Shown in pieces: positions 15,904-30,351 of a DNA stretch of 64,000 bases (position 1 is the first letter of the stretch; the number at the start of each line of letters is the position of its first letter). The position numbers and the translations under genes were made by a program. Below the pieces are notes generated by a model that saw nothing but the letters and a program-made list of their open reading frames with translations, made no database searches and was not told the origin of the DNA. Origin of the DNA: Octopus vulgaris (Eukaryota). The DNA lies in contig OX597836.1 in the NCBI GenBank assembly GCA_951406725.2, forward strand, positions 43,276,001 through 43,340,000, given 5' to 3'.

Positions 15904-16150
15904 GTGGAGGTGCGTGGGTTAGTGGTTAGGGTGTCAGCATCATGATCGTAAGATTGTGGTTTTGATTCCTGGACCGAGCGACGCGTTGTGTTCTTGAACA
16001 AAAACACTTCATTTCACGTTGCTCCAGTCCACTCAGCTGGCAAAAATGAGTAACGCTGCGATGGACTGGCGTCCCGTCCAGGTGGGGAACACATACGCCA
16101 TTGAAACCTGGAAACCGGGCCCATGAACCTGGCTAGGCTTTAAAAGGGCG
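15904..16150 (+). mobile_element. tRNA-derived SINE, family 4 (V-domain-like GCGATGGACTGGCGTCCCGTCCAG)
   Basis: tRNA-like head GGAGGTGCGTGGGTTAGTGGTTAGG; near-identical copy at 54605-54850. Confidence 0.75.
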
Positions 16151-16687
16151 CAAGTGGAGGTGCGTGTTATTTTGAATGGCGGTGCCCCAGCATGGCCACA
16201 GCTCGTGAGCTGAAACTAGATGAAATGAAATGATATATAATTTCACATTTTAAATACTTTGCATGGAAAATCATTAGGGTGTACAGAGGACAATAATTAT
16301 ATATTCTATATATTCTAGTTCATATATTCTAAGTATTCCAAACGTATCCTAATGTAATCCTTATTGTCCTGATGGTTTTCCATACAAGATATTTAAAATG
16401 TAAAATTATATATTTATATATATTTTGTAATTTTAATTTTGTTTGTGAAAAGAAACAATTGTAGGTTTCATATATTGATTAATTGTTAGATTAATTTGCA
16501 TCTATTAGATATCCATGTTTTTTAACTCCGTAATAATGTCTGATATTTTACGCTATTTTATATGATATATTCATTCAAAAAATATCGCTTCAAAATATAA
16601 TATATTAATCAGTGTATCTTGCATAGAATATCTTTATAAGCGGTTTAAATATACTCATTGTGAACATATATATATATATATATATAT

Positions 16688-16741
<54 letters not shown>

Positions 16742-17021
16742 GTATATATATATATATACATATATATACATATATACATGCATACATACATACATACATA
16801 CATACATACATAGGTACGTACATACGCACGTACATATATGCTTACATATATATCTATATTCATACATATACATATGTACAATAAATATAATGTATATGTG
16901 CGTATATACACACATACATGTATACATACATACAAACACACTCACACACACACATATATATATATTTATTTATATCTTTGCTCTTTTTCTTTCAGATCGG
17001 TGAAACAAAGTTCGCGGTTCA

Positions 17022-17639
17022 ATGAAGCATTTCGTTTCCTTGCTTTTTCTCGTGTTCCTAGCGGCGTTCTGGCGGCGAGGCGAGGCGAATGTTGGACATC
17101 AAGGCGGCGGACACTACGACAATGCGGTCGCGGATGGCCATCACTCGGAAAGGGGCGAAGAGGGTAGACACAGTGTCCACGCTTTAGATGCACATACCCA
17201 CGCCGAACAACACAAAAAGGAACACAACTACGAAGACGAATATGGCAACCGAGACCACTTGATGGACAGCTCCGGAAGAAAAAAGGGACTTCTGAAAGCA
17301 TTCGACGCTCATTCAGCATTTGGGAGACACTCGGTGAAGGACACATATTTTAAAGGATTTGACCATGGATCGCACTACGATAAGGCCTTCAAAGGACATG
17401 GGGCTGGCGGCGGCCATGGACATGTTCATGCATATCAGCAGGGTTTCAATTTTGGTCCAGGGCACGGTTTAGGTCATCAGATGTTTGGCCATGGTGCTTA
17501 CGGGCGTGAAAGTTTTGGACATGCTGAATTTGCACATGGTAATGGCTTTGGACATCTAGGGTTCGGCGGTAAAGGTGGTTTCGGTCACACAGTTTTGGGT
17601 CACGTGATTATGGGAAATAGAGAATATGGTCATTATTAA
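17022..17639 (+). CDS. Secreted histidine/glycine-rich low-complexity structural protein, 205 aa
   Basis: Clean ATG-TAA ORF in non-repetitive, higher-GC sequence. Signal-peptide-like N-terminus MKHFVSLLFLVFLAAFWRRGEA. About 29 His and 41 Gly by manual count, no Cys, GHG/FGH repeats. Polypyrimidine tract and acceptor CTCTTTTTCTTTCAG end at 16995, 26 nt before the ATG. ATTAAA overlaps the stop. Confidence 0.85.
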   Translation: MKHFVSLLFLVFLAAFWRRGEANVGHQGGGHYDNAVADGHHSERGEEGRHSVHALDAHTHAEQHKKEHNYEDEYGNRDHLMDSSGRKKGLLKAFDAHSAFGRHSVKDTYFKGFDHGSHYDKAFKGHGAGGGHGHVHAYQQGFNFGPGHGLGHQMFGHGAYGRESFGHAEFAHGNGFGHLGFGGKGGFGHTVLGHVIMGNREYGHY

Positions 17640-17703
17640 AGTTATATTTTAATCTTATTTTTCTTGACGTTTTCCTTAATCTTTTTGTGTGTCTAAGTTG
17701 ACC

Positions 17704-17789
<86 letters not shown>

Positions 17790-18121
17790 CATCTACGTGC
17801 GTATCTGTATACATTTCTCAAATAACCATGCAGGTCTAAGTGGGTATGCGTGAAACTGTGTATACAAACAAGTGTTGAAAAGTTCCTGGCTTTGGGTCAA
17901 AGAAAATACAGAAAGATCAGTTATTTATGATTTTATTCAACGTATTCTCCTCTCAGATTCACACACTTATTGCAGCAGGCTTTCATTTTTCTCTAAGCCC
18001 TATAAAAAAACACGGAAGGTTGGGCCTCCAACCAGGTTTTTCGTGACAACCTTAAAACCAGGAACTTTCCACCACTCTTACGTTGTTGTTTTTTCTTGTT
18101 TTTCTTCGTTTTTTTGTTATG

Positions 18122-18220
<99 letters not shown>

Positions 18221-18965
18221 AAACAAGTCAAAATAGAAAATGCTAAAATAATTTTATAAAGAACATTTCAGTACCGGTTTCAGTCATTTTGAGACCTTTT
18301 CAACTGTAACGATTAAATAATTAAATTTAGAAAAATTAAAAGAAAAGTTTTTTTAAAGGAATATTTGTATAGTGTTCAAATATAAGTGGCATTCTGCCTT
18401 TCTCTGTCTCTCTTGTTTGCACTTGTGAATTCTTGGTAGGGTAGAAGAAGAAGAAGGTTGATGAGGAGAGGGGGTGGAAAAATTTGGGAGTGCCTTGATG
18501 GTCGTATTTTGAATGGTCAGTGGCGGATTTTGGTCGGATAAAATCCGTAGTCTCAGTTGGTCACTCTTGAGAATACAACCAGAAAATGCAATGATGGTTC
18601 CTCCTATGGAAGAGATGCCTGGGGACTCCTATCCTCACGAATCTCCCAGGAATAGTGGAGAAAATGGCTGGATGAAGTGTCTTAATAAACCATGGCCGTT
18701 CCTGTTCTGAGTGGATGATTTCATCCGTCAACCGGTTTGACTTCATCATATAGCACTTGAGTAACTCTGGCTAGGTACACTCCGTTGCAAAGACATTTGA
18801 ACAGCTTTTTGGTTAAACACTAACTTCCTGTCTTGCCCTTACAAGTCTTTGAGGCCCTGAAAGGTCAGTTGCGTTGCTCCAAATATTGAACAGTTTACAC
18901 AGGTAGAGTAGAATAGTTAATGGGCTGTTATGTAGATAGATGTATGTATGTGTGTGTGGGAGGGG

Positions 18966-19027
<62 letters not shown>

Positions 19028-19958
19028 AGTATGTAGATAGATGTATGTATGTGTGTGGGAGTGGGTTATGAATATATATATGTATATGCATATGTATGTA
19101 AGCATATGGATATGGAAGTAAACAGATCAACATACAGACGGATAATTACATAGGTTATATGAACAATCAAGCACACATACGCAAATGAAGACAGGAAACA
19201 CATGACCATGTATACACATACACTTTATTTCACACATGGACACATATGGAAACACACGTCTACACATATGGAGATGCACATCCATACATACAAACACGGT
19301 ATATAGTCGCAAAACAAAGATACACTCAGACATGCACACACAAGGGCCGCCGAAGGTTAGCTGTTATCTACTACGTCAGTATTTGTGTATATATAACAAA
19401 GAGAGAGGAATTTCCCTCAAGTCGTACGCTACAAAGTAACTGGTTGATCGTGATCAAAATTCAGAGTTGCATCGATACACTAAAATTGAAAGCAATATGA
19501 GCAAAATTGAAGGGGGCTCATTTTGCGAATGAAATTAAATAGACCCTGAAGAAGCAACAAACAAGATGAATTAGTTTGACACTCAAGAAAAATAGAAGAG
19601 GCTTTGACATTTCGAGTCTACGTTCTTCTCCAGAAGTAAATGGGGAAAAACACACACAAACACAAGGAAATCAGCTTCTAAATAAGCAAACCAATTATTT
19701 ATACAGCAACCTATGACAAGTATTCATTTACTCACTAACTAAGCAAACAGACGACCAACTAATTTAGTAATAGTTATGTAAATAACTAATATCTAATTAT
19801 GACTACGCAAGCAAAATACAAATACAAGACTATTCAAATACAATACAAGACTATTCAAATTAACAGACTAATTATACATTGCCATTTACTTTTAGCTCAC
19901 AATTATTGTTTTTTATTATTATTTAATTCGAGAATAACGAAGAACTATATTTGAGAGA

Positions 19959-20263
19959 TGTGGAGGCACATGGCCCAGTGGTTAGAGCAGCGGACTCGCG
20001 GTCGAGGGATCGCGGGTTCGAATCTCAGACCGGGCGATGTGTGTGTTTATGAGCGGAACACATAAGCTCCAGGCGGCTCCAGCAAAAGGTAATGGCGAAC
20101 TTCTGCTGACTCTTTCACCACAACTTTCTCTCACTCTTTCCTCCTGCATCTTGCAGCTCACCTGCGACGGACCGGCGTCCCGTCCAGGTGGGGAACCTAT
20201 ACGCCAAGGAAACCGGGAAACCGGCTCTAATGAGCCAGGCGTAGCTCGAGAAGGAACAAACAA
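19959..20263 (+). mobile_element. Chimeric SINE (family 3 head/body + family 4-like 3' module)
   Basis: Head GGAGGCACATGGCCCAGTGGTTAGAGC, body CTCTTTCACCACAACTTTCTCTCACTC, then GCGACGGACCGGCGTCCCGTCCAGG. Confidence 0.7.
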
Positions 20264-20732
20264 ATAGTTGAGAGATAGTTTCAAGTAATCAGTGCCAGAA
20301 CTACTAGCGTCGTCAGGGGGTGTCACGTGATGATCACATGACACCTCCTAATGACGACGACGGCGACAACAGGGAGTCGAGGCGCAATGATAAATGGTCT
20401 ACGGCACAAATGAAATCACTTTAAACTTCCTAAAATAATATTCGAAGTGGTTTATTTCGAAGGAAATATAATTTTGAAGTGCTCATGTGTCATAATGAGA
20501 ATCTGATCAAAGACTTTGCAATTAAAAAAGTAGGAGGAAATTTTACCAATATAAATAAAGTGGGAGTATACAAAAATATATATTATTTTCCACCTTACAG
20601 GTAGTTTTGCTTCATTTTGGAAAAATAAAATTCCTTTTACGGTTTATTATTGTTTGTATATTCTGTATCAGATATAAATGGGGCACCAAAACCTTTAAAG
20701 TTTTTAGGCCCTCTATCGGTCTTAATCTAGCA

Positions 20733-20802
<70 letters not shown>

Positions 20803-21624
20803 GAAGGTTTGAAAATGCAAAGAAGGTTTGAAAATCAATTTTAGGTTTGAAAATGATTTTAAATGGCAATTTTAGAAAGAAGGTTTGAAAATGCAATTTT
20901 AAAAGATGTTTATTCACTTGACCGGTTTCACTTTTTTAGAAAAAGATTGTCAAAAGTAAAATGTAAAGCTTTGTATAAGCTTTCTTGTGTCAAGTACTGG
21001 TTGTCACAAAACTATTAAAACACATATATACATTCTTTTTAACAACTACTTGTAGTTGTTAAGCACTGCTAGACTTTATGTAATCAGTGAGGTCGGGTTA
21101 CAGCAAATTGTTTTCTATTTTGTATCTTACATAACAAATGAATGTTTGGCGAAGACATTTCAACTTTAATGAAATGTCAAGTCTCTTACTAACTGTAACA
21201 ACTTGACCTAAGTCTTCAGCATTCTTCTCAATACTTTTTGCCAATGGTAATAACATTGTCGAGACAGACATGCTCTCATTTGTGTTTCTAAAAGCCATCA
21301 CTAAGAAAAATGCTTAAAGCATTAGTCACAATGAAAAATGTCAACCGTGTAAACTGGAATAAGCGTTCTTCGACTTGAAATGAAGTTTATCTCACTTATA
21401 GTCGTTGTGAAGTGGAAATTGATAGTTTGAGGCTTTCAGATGTCGTTTGTTGTGGAATTTATTGTAAGGACTAGAATGTACGATATCTTCAAATTTAGGA
21501 TATGGATAAGCACCTAGAAAGCAGTAGGGATTTATCGTTTGTGACAAGTCGATTGCAAGGTGTTATCTGTACTGTTTGCTACTACTACTACTACCCTTGT
21601 TGTTGCTGCTGTGCTGTTGCTGTT

Positions 21625-22006
21625 TAGCGAAGCGGTCTTCGTCCCAGAGTTCGCAAGATCGCACCTCAGGAGAAGTCCGAAACGTGGTCCTTTGCTATTC
21701 GTAAGACCTGCAGAAGAGAAAGCAAGTCAAACCCCACCCGACACCGAGAGCATCGACGGATGGATGGATGCGCATCCAGGCTCAGCGGTTGCGTAGGAAG
21801 TCGGGGACGAAAAACAGGAAGAAAGAGTGAGAGAAAGTAGGGGCGAAAGAGTACAACAGGGGTCGCCACCACCCCTTGCCGGAACCTCGTCGAGCTTTTA
21901 GGTGTTTTCGCTCAATAAACACACACAATGCCCGGTCTGGGAATCGAAACCGCGATCCTCCGATCGCGAGTCCGCTGCCCTAACCACTGCACCATTGTGC
22001 CTCCAC
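21625..22006 (-). mobile_element. SINE with family 3 head/body and a different 3' tail
   Basis: 21810-22006 matches family 3; 21625-21810 is an unrelated tail. Confidence 0.6.
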
Positions 22007-22160
22007 TGTTGTTGCTGCTATAACTACTACTGCTACTGCTACTACTACTACTACTACTACTACTACTTATGCTTGCTCGAGAGAGTTTGAGAGCTCAATA
22101 ATACTGTTTGCTACTATTACTACTTTTGCTGCTACTACTACTGTTGCTGCTGTTACTACA

Positions 22161-22192
<32 letters not shown>

Positions 22193-22511
22193 AACTACTA
22201 CTACTACTACTTATGCTTGTTCTAGAGAGATTAAGAGCTCATAATATTATCATAAAGAATCATAATGAACATTTATTCAAGTGGCAAGATTTGGTGGCAA
22301 TTGGTTTTAATTTCTTGTATGGGAGGGGAAAAAACGAGGTGGGGGTGGTCACCAACATAGAAACAAATCAAATAATTGCAAGATATCTTGTTGATTTTCT
22401 GAACTGTGTTATTCGGGAAACTCGTCCTGCGATTATAGAAGTGCAAAAGTTAAGCACGTGTATTTAAACGCACTTTTACATCGCAAACCACATCAGATGT
22501 TTGAACTTGAT

Positions 22512-22900
22512 GGAAGCAGTTCGTCGGTTACGACGATGAGGGTTCCGGTTGATCCGAATCAACGGAACAGCCTGCTCGTGAAATTAACGTTTAAGTGGCT
22601 GAGCACTCCACAGACACGTATAATACCCTTAACGTAGTTCTCGGGGATATTCAGCGTGACACAGAGAGTGACAAGGCCGGCCCCTTTAAAATACAGGTAC
22701 AACAGAAACAGGAAGTAAGAGTGAGAGAAAGTTGTGGTGAAAGAGTACAGCAGGGATCACCACCATCCCCTGCCGGAGCCTCGTGGAGCTTTTAGGTGTT
22801 TTCGCTCAATAAACACTCACAACGCCCGGTCTGGGAATCGAAACCGCGATCCTATGACCGCGAGTCCGCTGCCCTAACCACTGGGCAATTGCGCCTCCAC
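22512..22900 (-). mobile_element. SINE family 3
   Basis: Full length; flanking direct repeat GTTTGAACTT. Confidence 0.9.
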
Positions 22901-23068
22901 GTTTGAACTTATAGACAGATAAAACAACCAATTTAAATGAGTTGAAACATTCTGCTTAAACTGAGTTCTCGAACTAATTTAAAGACGTTGCCGAGATGTG
23001 GACTGTGAGAGATTTTTGCAAACGTCCTTACCATTGATAGCGGTTGCACTGCTCAAATCGAATAAATA

Positions 23069-24019
23069 CCGTAAATCCTCGAGTATAGACCGCAGGGGGA
23101 TTTTTAGGGGGCTGTACCTCTGAAAAACCTAAACCTAGTGTATAATACGCACCCCTTCTCTAACTTAAGTCAGGGAGGTCTATATAACGTCCTTGGTTTG
23201 TAAAAGTGTATGCGGTAACGTCCTTTATTATTGCATGCTTGCCTTCTTTATCTTTGGTATCTGTTTAATTTCATCTTTATTTCTTCTCCATAACCTGACA
23301 TTGCTTTCGTCAGCATCAAATTTTCTTCCGGCGGCCCTATTACTATGCTCTTCAGCATATGATATAACTTCAAGTTTAAACATAGCTGAATAAGATCTAG
23401 GAGGCATTTTATGGGCATATAATGTATAAAATGTTTTATTGGAGATTAATGTACAGGTTTAAGTCCCGCTTATAAAAAACTCTAGTAAAGACCCATAGTA
23501 GTTCAAACGTTTAATACTGGTATTTAATTAAGTATCTATTGTTTGCCACGGCAATGATGCAAACTGCTAATACAAACAGCAGGATGGACTATTTAGCGCT
23601 AAACTATTAAGCACAATTCGTGCGTAATTAAGCCAGCAGCACCTAGTCGAACAAACACTTCTGCGCATGCGTAATACAATAATGATGTTCTTAACTGCTA
23701 TATGGGAATGTAAATATATTTGCAAATTGTTTTTGTTACATGTTATTCTGTGTTCTGAATACTTTTATTTTAATAAATGTTGCTTACTGCAAGTTATGGA
23801 TGATTCTTTTATGACTTCATTGCTTTCAGGCTTAGCTTAAGGTATTTTCGCGCCCGGCATCACAAAATGCGTCTGAATAAACATTGCCGGACAGCAAATA
23901 GTGACTCGAACATTGATTAGAAAATATTTTTCATTTCTAACCTCGTATATAGTACGCACTAGGGATTTTGACCTTTAAATTTTGGGGGAAAAATGCGGAT
24001 TATACTCGAGGATTTACGG
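23069..24019 (-). mobile_element. Non-autonomous pogo/Tc1-mariner-superfamily DNA transposon (~950 bp)
   Basis: TIRs CCGTAAATCCTCGAGTATA(G)ACCGCA / TGCGGATTATACTCGAGGATTTACGG, flanked by TA on both sides. Confidence 0.85.
23228..23407 (-). CDS. 59-aa truncated pogo transposase N-terminus (Brinker-type helix-turn-helix DNA-binding domain)
   Basis: Manual translation MPPRSYSAMFKLEVISYAEEHSNRAAGRKFDADESNVRLWRRNKDEIKQIPKIKKASMQ*. It fits the RSY...FKL.VI.YA...NRAA.RKF...V..W pattern of BrkDBD-bearing pogo transposases. Not listed in the ORF track. Confidence 0.65.
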   Translation of the reverse strand: MPPRSYSAMFKLEVISYAEEHSNRAAGRKFDADESNVRLWRRNKDEIKQIPKIKKASMQ

Positions 24020-24559
24020 TAATCAATACGTTACTTAATTGTATTGATGACAGAGTATGTGACATTATAATTATAACTTAAATTCATGTTATTCTTATAC
24101 ATTTGCTAATACCAATTTACTACATGTATATATACGCAAATACGCACAATATGTTGTACTGTACTTAATTATCAACTCAACTCAGAAACAGCTGTAAAGA
24201 ATCGCTTTGGTTTCTACTCTCCTTTATCCTGCCTATCTATGAAAATCTACCAATGGCATTACTGTTAGGGCTAACGTTACGGTTTAAGGTTGGCGTTACG
24301 GTTATGGTCATTGATTGGCTTATTCGTCTTTGTCGTTGTTTTCTTTTTTATAGAGCAGAAACTAAAATCACTGAACTCAGCAAAAACCAGCGGTCAGAGA
24401 AAAGGGAAAGAACTGTTTACTTTCAAGCTGAAAGTTTACTTCGGCAAACAATCTCGCGCACAAACACACGCATAGATAGAGAGTATGTGAGAGAGAGAGA
24501 GAGGAGGGGAGAGAGAGAGGGGGAGAGAGACAGACAGACAGAGACAGAGAGATAGAGAC

Positions 24560-24628
<69 letters not shown>

Positions 24629-25084
24629 TGTTTCTTTATTAGCCACACAGGGCTGCACACAGACAGGACAATTTACAAGGTAGAGCTTTTCTTTGGGGGG
24701 TAAAAAAAAGGGGGTTTGGTTTTCGATCAAAAGGGATCGTAAAGGGAAAGAAAGCGGACAAAAAAAAGGGGGGGGATAAATTTTTTTTTTTTTAAATCGA
24801 GAGAGAGAGAGGGGGGTTTCAAACAGACAGTCAGACGGACAGACGGACAGATGGAGAGACACACAGACTGACAGTATGTGATTTGCTTCTTGATAGAATC
24901 GTATAAAAATGTTCAAAATAAGGAGAGCCATTCAACAAGTCGTTTGACAGGTTTAAAACTATTTCGATTATAAAGACAATGATGATGCAATGTGCTGCTG
25001 CTGATGCTGTTGCTGCTGCTGCTGTTGCTGTTGGTCGCTATCGTCGTCGTCATCGTCATCATTATTGTCGTTAACGGAACTCTT

Positions 25085-26350
<1,266 letters not shown>

Positions 26351-26469
26351 ATAACTGTGATTAAAGGCATCCCGAGTTCGACCAATCCTGCTTTGACGCC
26401 AACAGTTGGTGTTCCAAATGTGTACTTCATTCAGCAGACAACGAAGATGCAATTCTCTGCTTTCATTCT

Positions 26470-26791
26470 TGGAGCACTCCGTCGGTTGCGACGACGAGGG
26501 TCCCTGCTGATACGATCAACGGAACAGCCTGCTTGTGAAATTAACGTGCAAGTGGCTGAGCACTCCACAGACACGCGTACCCCTAACGTAGTTCTTAGGG
26601 AGATTCAGCGTGAAATAGAGTGTGACAAGGCCGGCCCTTCGAAATACAGGTACAACTCATTTTTACCAGCTGAGTGGACTGGAGCAACGTGAAATAAAGT
26701 GTCTTGCTCAAGGACACAACGTGTCGCCGGGAATTGAACTCACGATCTTATAATCGTGAGCCGAATGCCCTAACCACTAAGCCACGCGCCT
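26470..26791 (-). mobile_element. Chimeric SINE (family 4-like head/core + family 3 tail)
   Basis: Minus strand GGCGCGTGGCTTAGTGGTTAGG head, CTTGAGCAAGACACTT...CTCCAGTCCACTCAGCTG core, then the family 3 tail ...GACGGAGTGCTCCA. Confidence 0.7.
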
Positions 26792-26840
26792 TCTCTCTGC
26801 TTTCATTGAGCATGACAGAAAAGATGCCATACAGAGTAAG

Positions 26841-26954
26841 ACCTAGCAGACGACACTAGCAGACGACCCTAGCAGACGACCCTAGCAGACGACCTAGCAG
26901 ACGACCCTAGCAGACCACCTTAGCAGATGACCCTAGCAGACGACCCTAGCAGAC
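26841..26954. repeat. Minisatellite, ~9 copies of 13-bp TAGCAGACGACCC
   Basis: Directly visible. Confidence 0.9.
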
Positions 26955-27185
26955 TTCAATCCGCTGTTAATGCTGAAGGATTCCGAGGGGGACCCATCAA
27001 AACTCAATGATGCCTTACGTGTCTTTGTAGAATGGCTGAACAGAATAATATTGGAGAGCTTCTAAACTTGGCAAGGATTTTGAAGAGCCGTCCTACATAG
27101 ATATAGGAACAAAGACTGCAATAGGATACGGAGAACTTGTGACAAAGCAAACAGGGCGAACACGAGGTATAAAACCGACAAATAT

Positions 27186-27470
27186 CAAGGAGTGATGTTT
27201 GTAGAGGCTACAGCCCATGGAGAACTAGCCCATAGATATGGAAAAGCCCTGAAGGAAACCAAACTTTACATTAAGATTGTTGAAAAGCCAGGGAACTCCG
27301 TTAGATCACAACTATGTAGGACTTACCCCTTTAAGAATACCATATGCACCAATGATAACTGCATGGTATGTAGGATTAGCCCTGGCATTAACTGTAGAAT
27401 TAAAAATGTAGTTTACAGCATAAGATGAATAGAAGGTGCTTGTAAGGACATGAACATGACATACATAGGA
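27186..27470 (+). mobile_element. Penelope-like element fragment (Cys-rich linker and start of GIY-YIG endonuclease)
   Basis: ...IKIVEKPG...PFKNTICTNDNCMVC...NCRIKNVVYSIR*..C....TYIG: Cys cluster followed by a VVY...YIG motif. Confidence 0.6.
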
Positions 27471-28074
27471 ATAGGGAGGAAGTAGAGGGGAGGAGGTATA
27501 TATGTATGTATGTTTGAATGTATATCAGCATACCGACATAATTAGTGGTAATTATACGTTCATTATTATCCTGATAATATAAACAACATAAACATTCGCG
27601 CATGCGTTCTTCTGCCACACACTCAGTGAATAAACAAACAGACCATACTGGCTTCAGTTGATTAAATAACAACATGTGATTATAATTATTCATCTCAATG
27701 ATTAGCCTGGATTTTTTTCGATCAGTTCTTGAATAAATATAAATAATTTTAAAGGCGGTGCTCCAGCATGGCCGCGGTCAAATGACTGAAACAAGTAAAA
27801 GAATTTATTTTGATATTGCGTCAGCTTGTGGCCAAAAATTAATTACGCAGATTACTCAATGTTGGCTTCCAATATATTGCTTTAAATACCAGTAATACGC
27901 GTGGGTAGAATTCTTCGTGCATACCACATATATGTGACTGTGTAGTAAGAAGCTAGATTCCCAGCCGAGTGGATCCGGGTTCAGTTCCACTGCGTGGCAC
28001 CTGAGGCGAGTGTCTTTTACGATAGTCTCGGACCGTGCGTGTGTGTGTGTGTGCGTATGTGTGTGTGCGTGTAT

Positions 28075-28113
<39 letters not shown>

Positions 28114-28524
28114 CGTGTGTGTGTGTATGTGTGTGTGTGTGTGTGTGTACATCGTTGGCGTTCAATAATGTTAGACAGCGTTCTGGAAACTTTCAATTGG
28201 TCCTATGAGTTTGCATCCGGTAGATCAATCAAAAATCCATTTGCATATTGCAATTAGTAATATAATTGACATTTAGCCGACTTCACTAATAACAGGAGGA
28301 CTTTACAGGCATGTGTTGAAATCCTTTCTACTTCATAAATTAGATTGCATTCCTTTAAGAAGGACGGCGAGGAAATATTGTTTCAACTGGGTGGTGCCCT
28401 ACCACGGTTTGATATTAATGAGAGAAAGGGTGTTGGAATGGCATTGTTGGAATGTCGGACAAAATGCTTTGCAGTATTTGTTTCAGGTCAATACATTCTG
28501 ACTTCATTCTGAGAGCAGTGTATG

Positions 28525-29057
28525 CCATCAAAGTGACACTAGGGTAAAATATATAAAGCCCAGTATACCCATCATGACTACCTGTCTGATAAGGGTACAC
28601 TAGGAACATGCATCACAACCATATGTGCACGACATGGTGATCTCATATCGAGATAAACAGCACATGACCTTGCAGGTGGGACCCAGTTAGAATTTTCTTC
28701 TGGTCAAGTAGCCCATCCCGCTCAAAAGGTCCATGAATAAGGGTTGTTTAAGGATGTTGAACGAAACACCCATGTTTCCAGAGGTGAATTTTTCAAACCC
28801 CAAAGAATCCCTCTCAACACATGGCTACGATGCTCTCCCACTACTTCTGCTCGTGCTCAGAGATGCACATATCGTCAGCCACTAAGGGACATGCTCAACT
28901 GGTTATGTCAAACAACTGACAAGAAAATCTGTGTTATTGAGCAGAATATTTGCTATACCCCATCTTTTATACCAGGACAAAACAATGTACATGATAACAC
29001 TTCCAATCAGTTAAGATCGGAAGCCATGAGAGCCACTACCTGGTACTGCATCAGGGC

Positions 29058-29108
<51 letters not shown>

Positions 29109-29118
29109 TATTATCATT
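28525..29118 (+). mobile_element. Unclassified interspersed repeat ending in (ATT)n (retroposon-like)
   Basis: Diverged partial copy at ~47815-47940; simple-repeat tail. Confidence 0.4.
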
Positions 29119-29509
29119 AATTTTCAAATTTCGCCGAGGTCCTCTTGGAGTTGATAAAATAAAACACCAGTTGTGTTCTGGGGGGTCAATGTAATTGACT
29201 TATTCCGTCTTCAAAAATATCAGACCATCTGATATCATTTAAGGCGGTGAACTGGCATTTCGTCTGTCTTTACGTTCTGAGTTCAAATTTTGCCGAGGTC
29301 GACTTTGCCTTTCATACTTTAAGAGTTGATAAATTAAGCACCAGTTGGATACTGGGGTCGATTCAATCGAATTAGTCACTTCCCCTGAAATTTCTGGCCT
29401 TATACCAAAGTTTGAGACCCTTATACTGTGTAACACGATTTTTGTCCTTGGGGTAGTAACTATTATTTCCTATTCGCTTACCCGAAGAAGGTATGAAAAA
29501 TAGCTAATA

Positions 29510-29806
29510 CTAGCAGTATCGCCGGCGTTGCTCGGGTTTGTAAGGGAAATAACTATATAAGCATTTTTGGAGAGTTGCTTCCCTTATATAATAGCAAAAA
29601 ATGCATTAAAATTGGAAAAGGATGATGGTAATTTTATTTTTTAATCGTAGACTCATCGTAGACGCGCGCTAATACCCAGAAGGGCTCGATATGAATCACG
29701 ACTATAAGATACCCGGTTTTGGTTAAACTGCACCGCAAAATGTGGGAGTTGTTAGGAATCTAAATCGTAGGAGACAGACACACAACTTCACTTTTATATA
29801 TAAAGA
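29510..29806 (-). mobile_element. Helitron family A, left boundary copy of the U2 array
   Basis: CTAG...GA ends as in 2103-2483. Further copies at 31159-31553, 32884-33282, 40204-40599, 41952-42344, 43699-44102, 45452-45849, 47179-~47573. Confidence 0.85.
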
Positions 29807-29951
29807 TTTCAGAAAAGCAAGAAAATGATTCCGATACGACTTACGAGATTTATGATACCTAAAAAATAATTAATTTAGTAAAAGAGTAATAAATGTTTTA
29901 CTGGTGAGATATAGAGTCACGTGAACATTACGAACCGTCGTGATTCGTACT

Positions 29952-30351
29952 TTGGATATTTTCGGTTTGAACGGCAGTTTTTAATATAATTTATAGGTAA
30001 CTAAAAAATTTTAAACTTCTTAAACTGGTGGAATGTGTTTATAAAACATCTTTTTCTCTTGGCTTTATTGAGAAAATTCTATAGCTTGTAAGATATTTGT
30101 TGGGTTTTTTTCTGCAATGTCAACCAATCACTGACGTCTATTGAGGTAAACAACATTATGTGCTGTATGAATATGTCCCTCGTTTAAGAAACAGACTGGG
30201 TTTATTTACATTTCTGAAGAAAAAAAGATACCCCCCCCTCTAACCCTAAAATAGATTGAAATGCAATAGATCGATACCAGGGTCATAATTATGGGTGACA
30301 ATTTCATATGACACCGCAGAAAAAACTGCCGTTCAAACCGAAAATATCCAA
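29952..30351. mobile_element. MITE with ~31-bp TIRs, present once per U2 unit
   Basis: TTGGATATTTTCGGTTTGAACGGCAGTTTTT ... AAAAACTGCCGTTCAAACCGAAAATATCCAA. An independent copy in the opposite orientation lies at ~58388-58810. Confidence 0.85.

Noticed and set aside
18240-21400. Possible Penelope-like remnants at ~18240-18900 and ~20830-21400
   Set aside because: Only a vague resemblance; no convincing RT or GIY-YIG motif was read.
26841-26954. 13-bp tandem repeat as a functional array
   Set aside because: No spacers and no associated ORF; an ordinary minisatellite.
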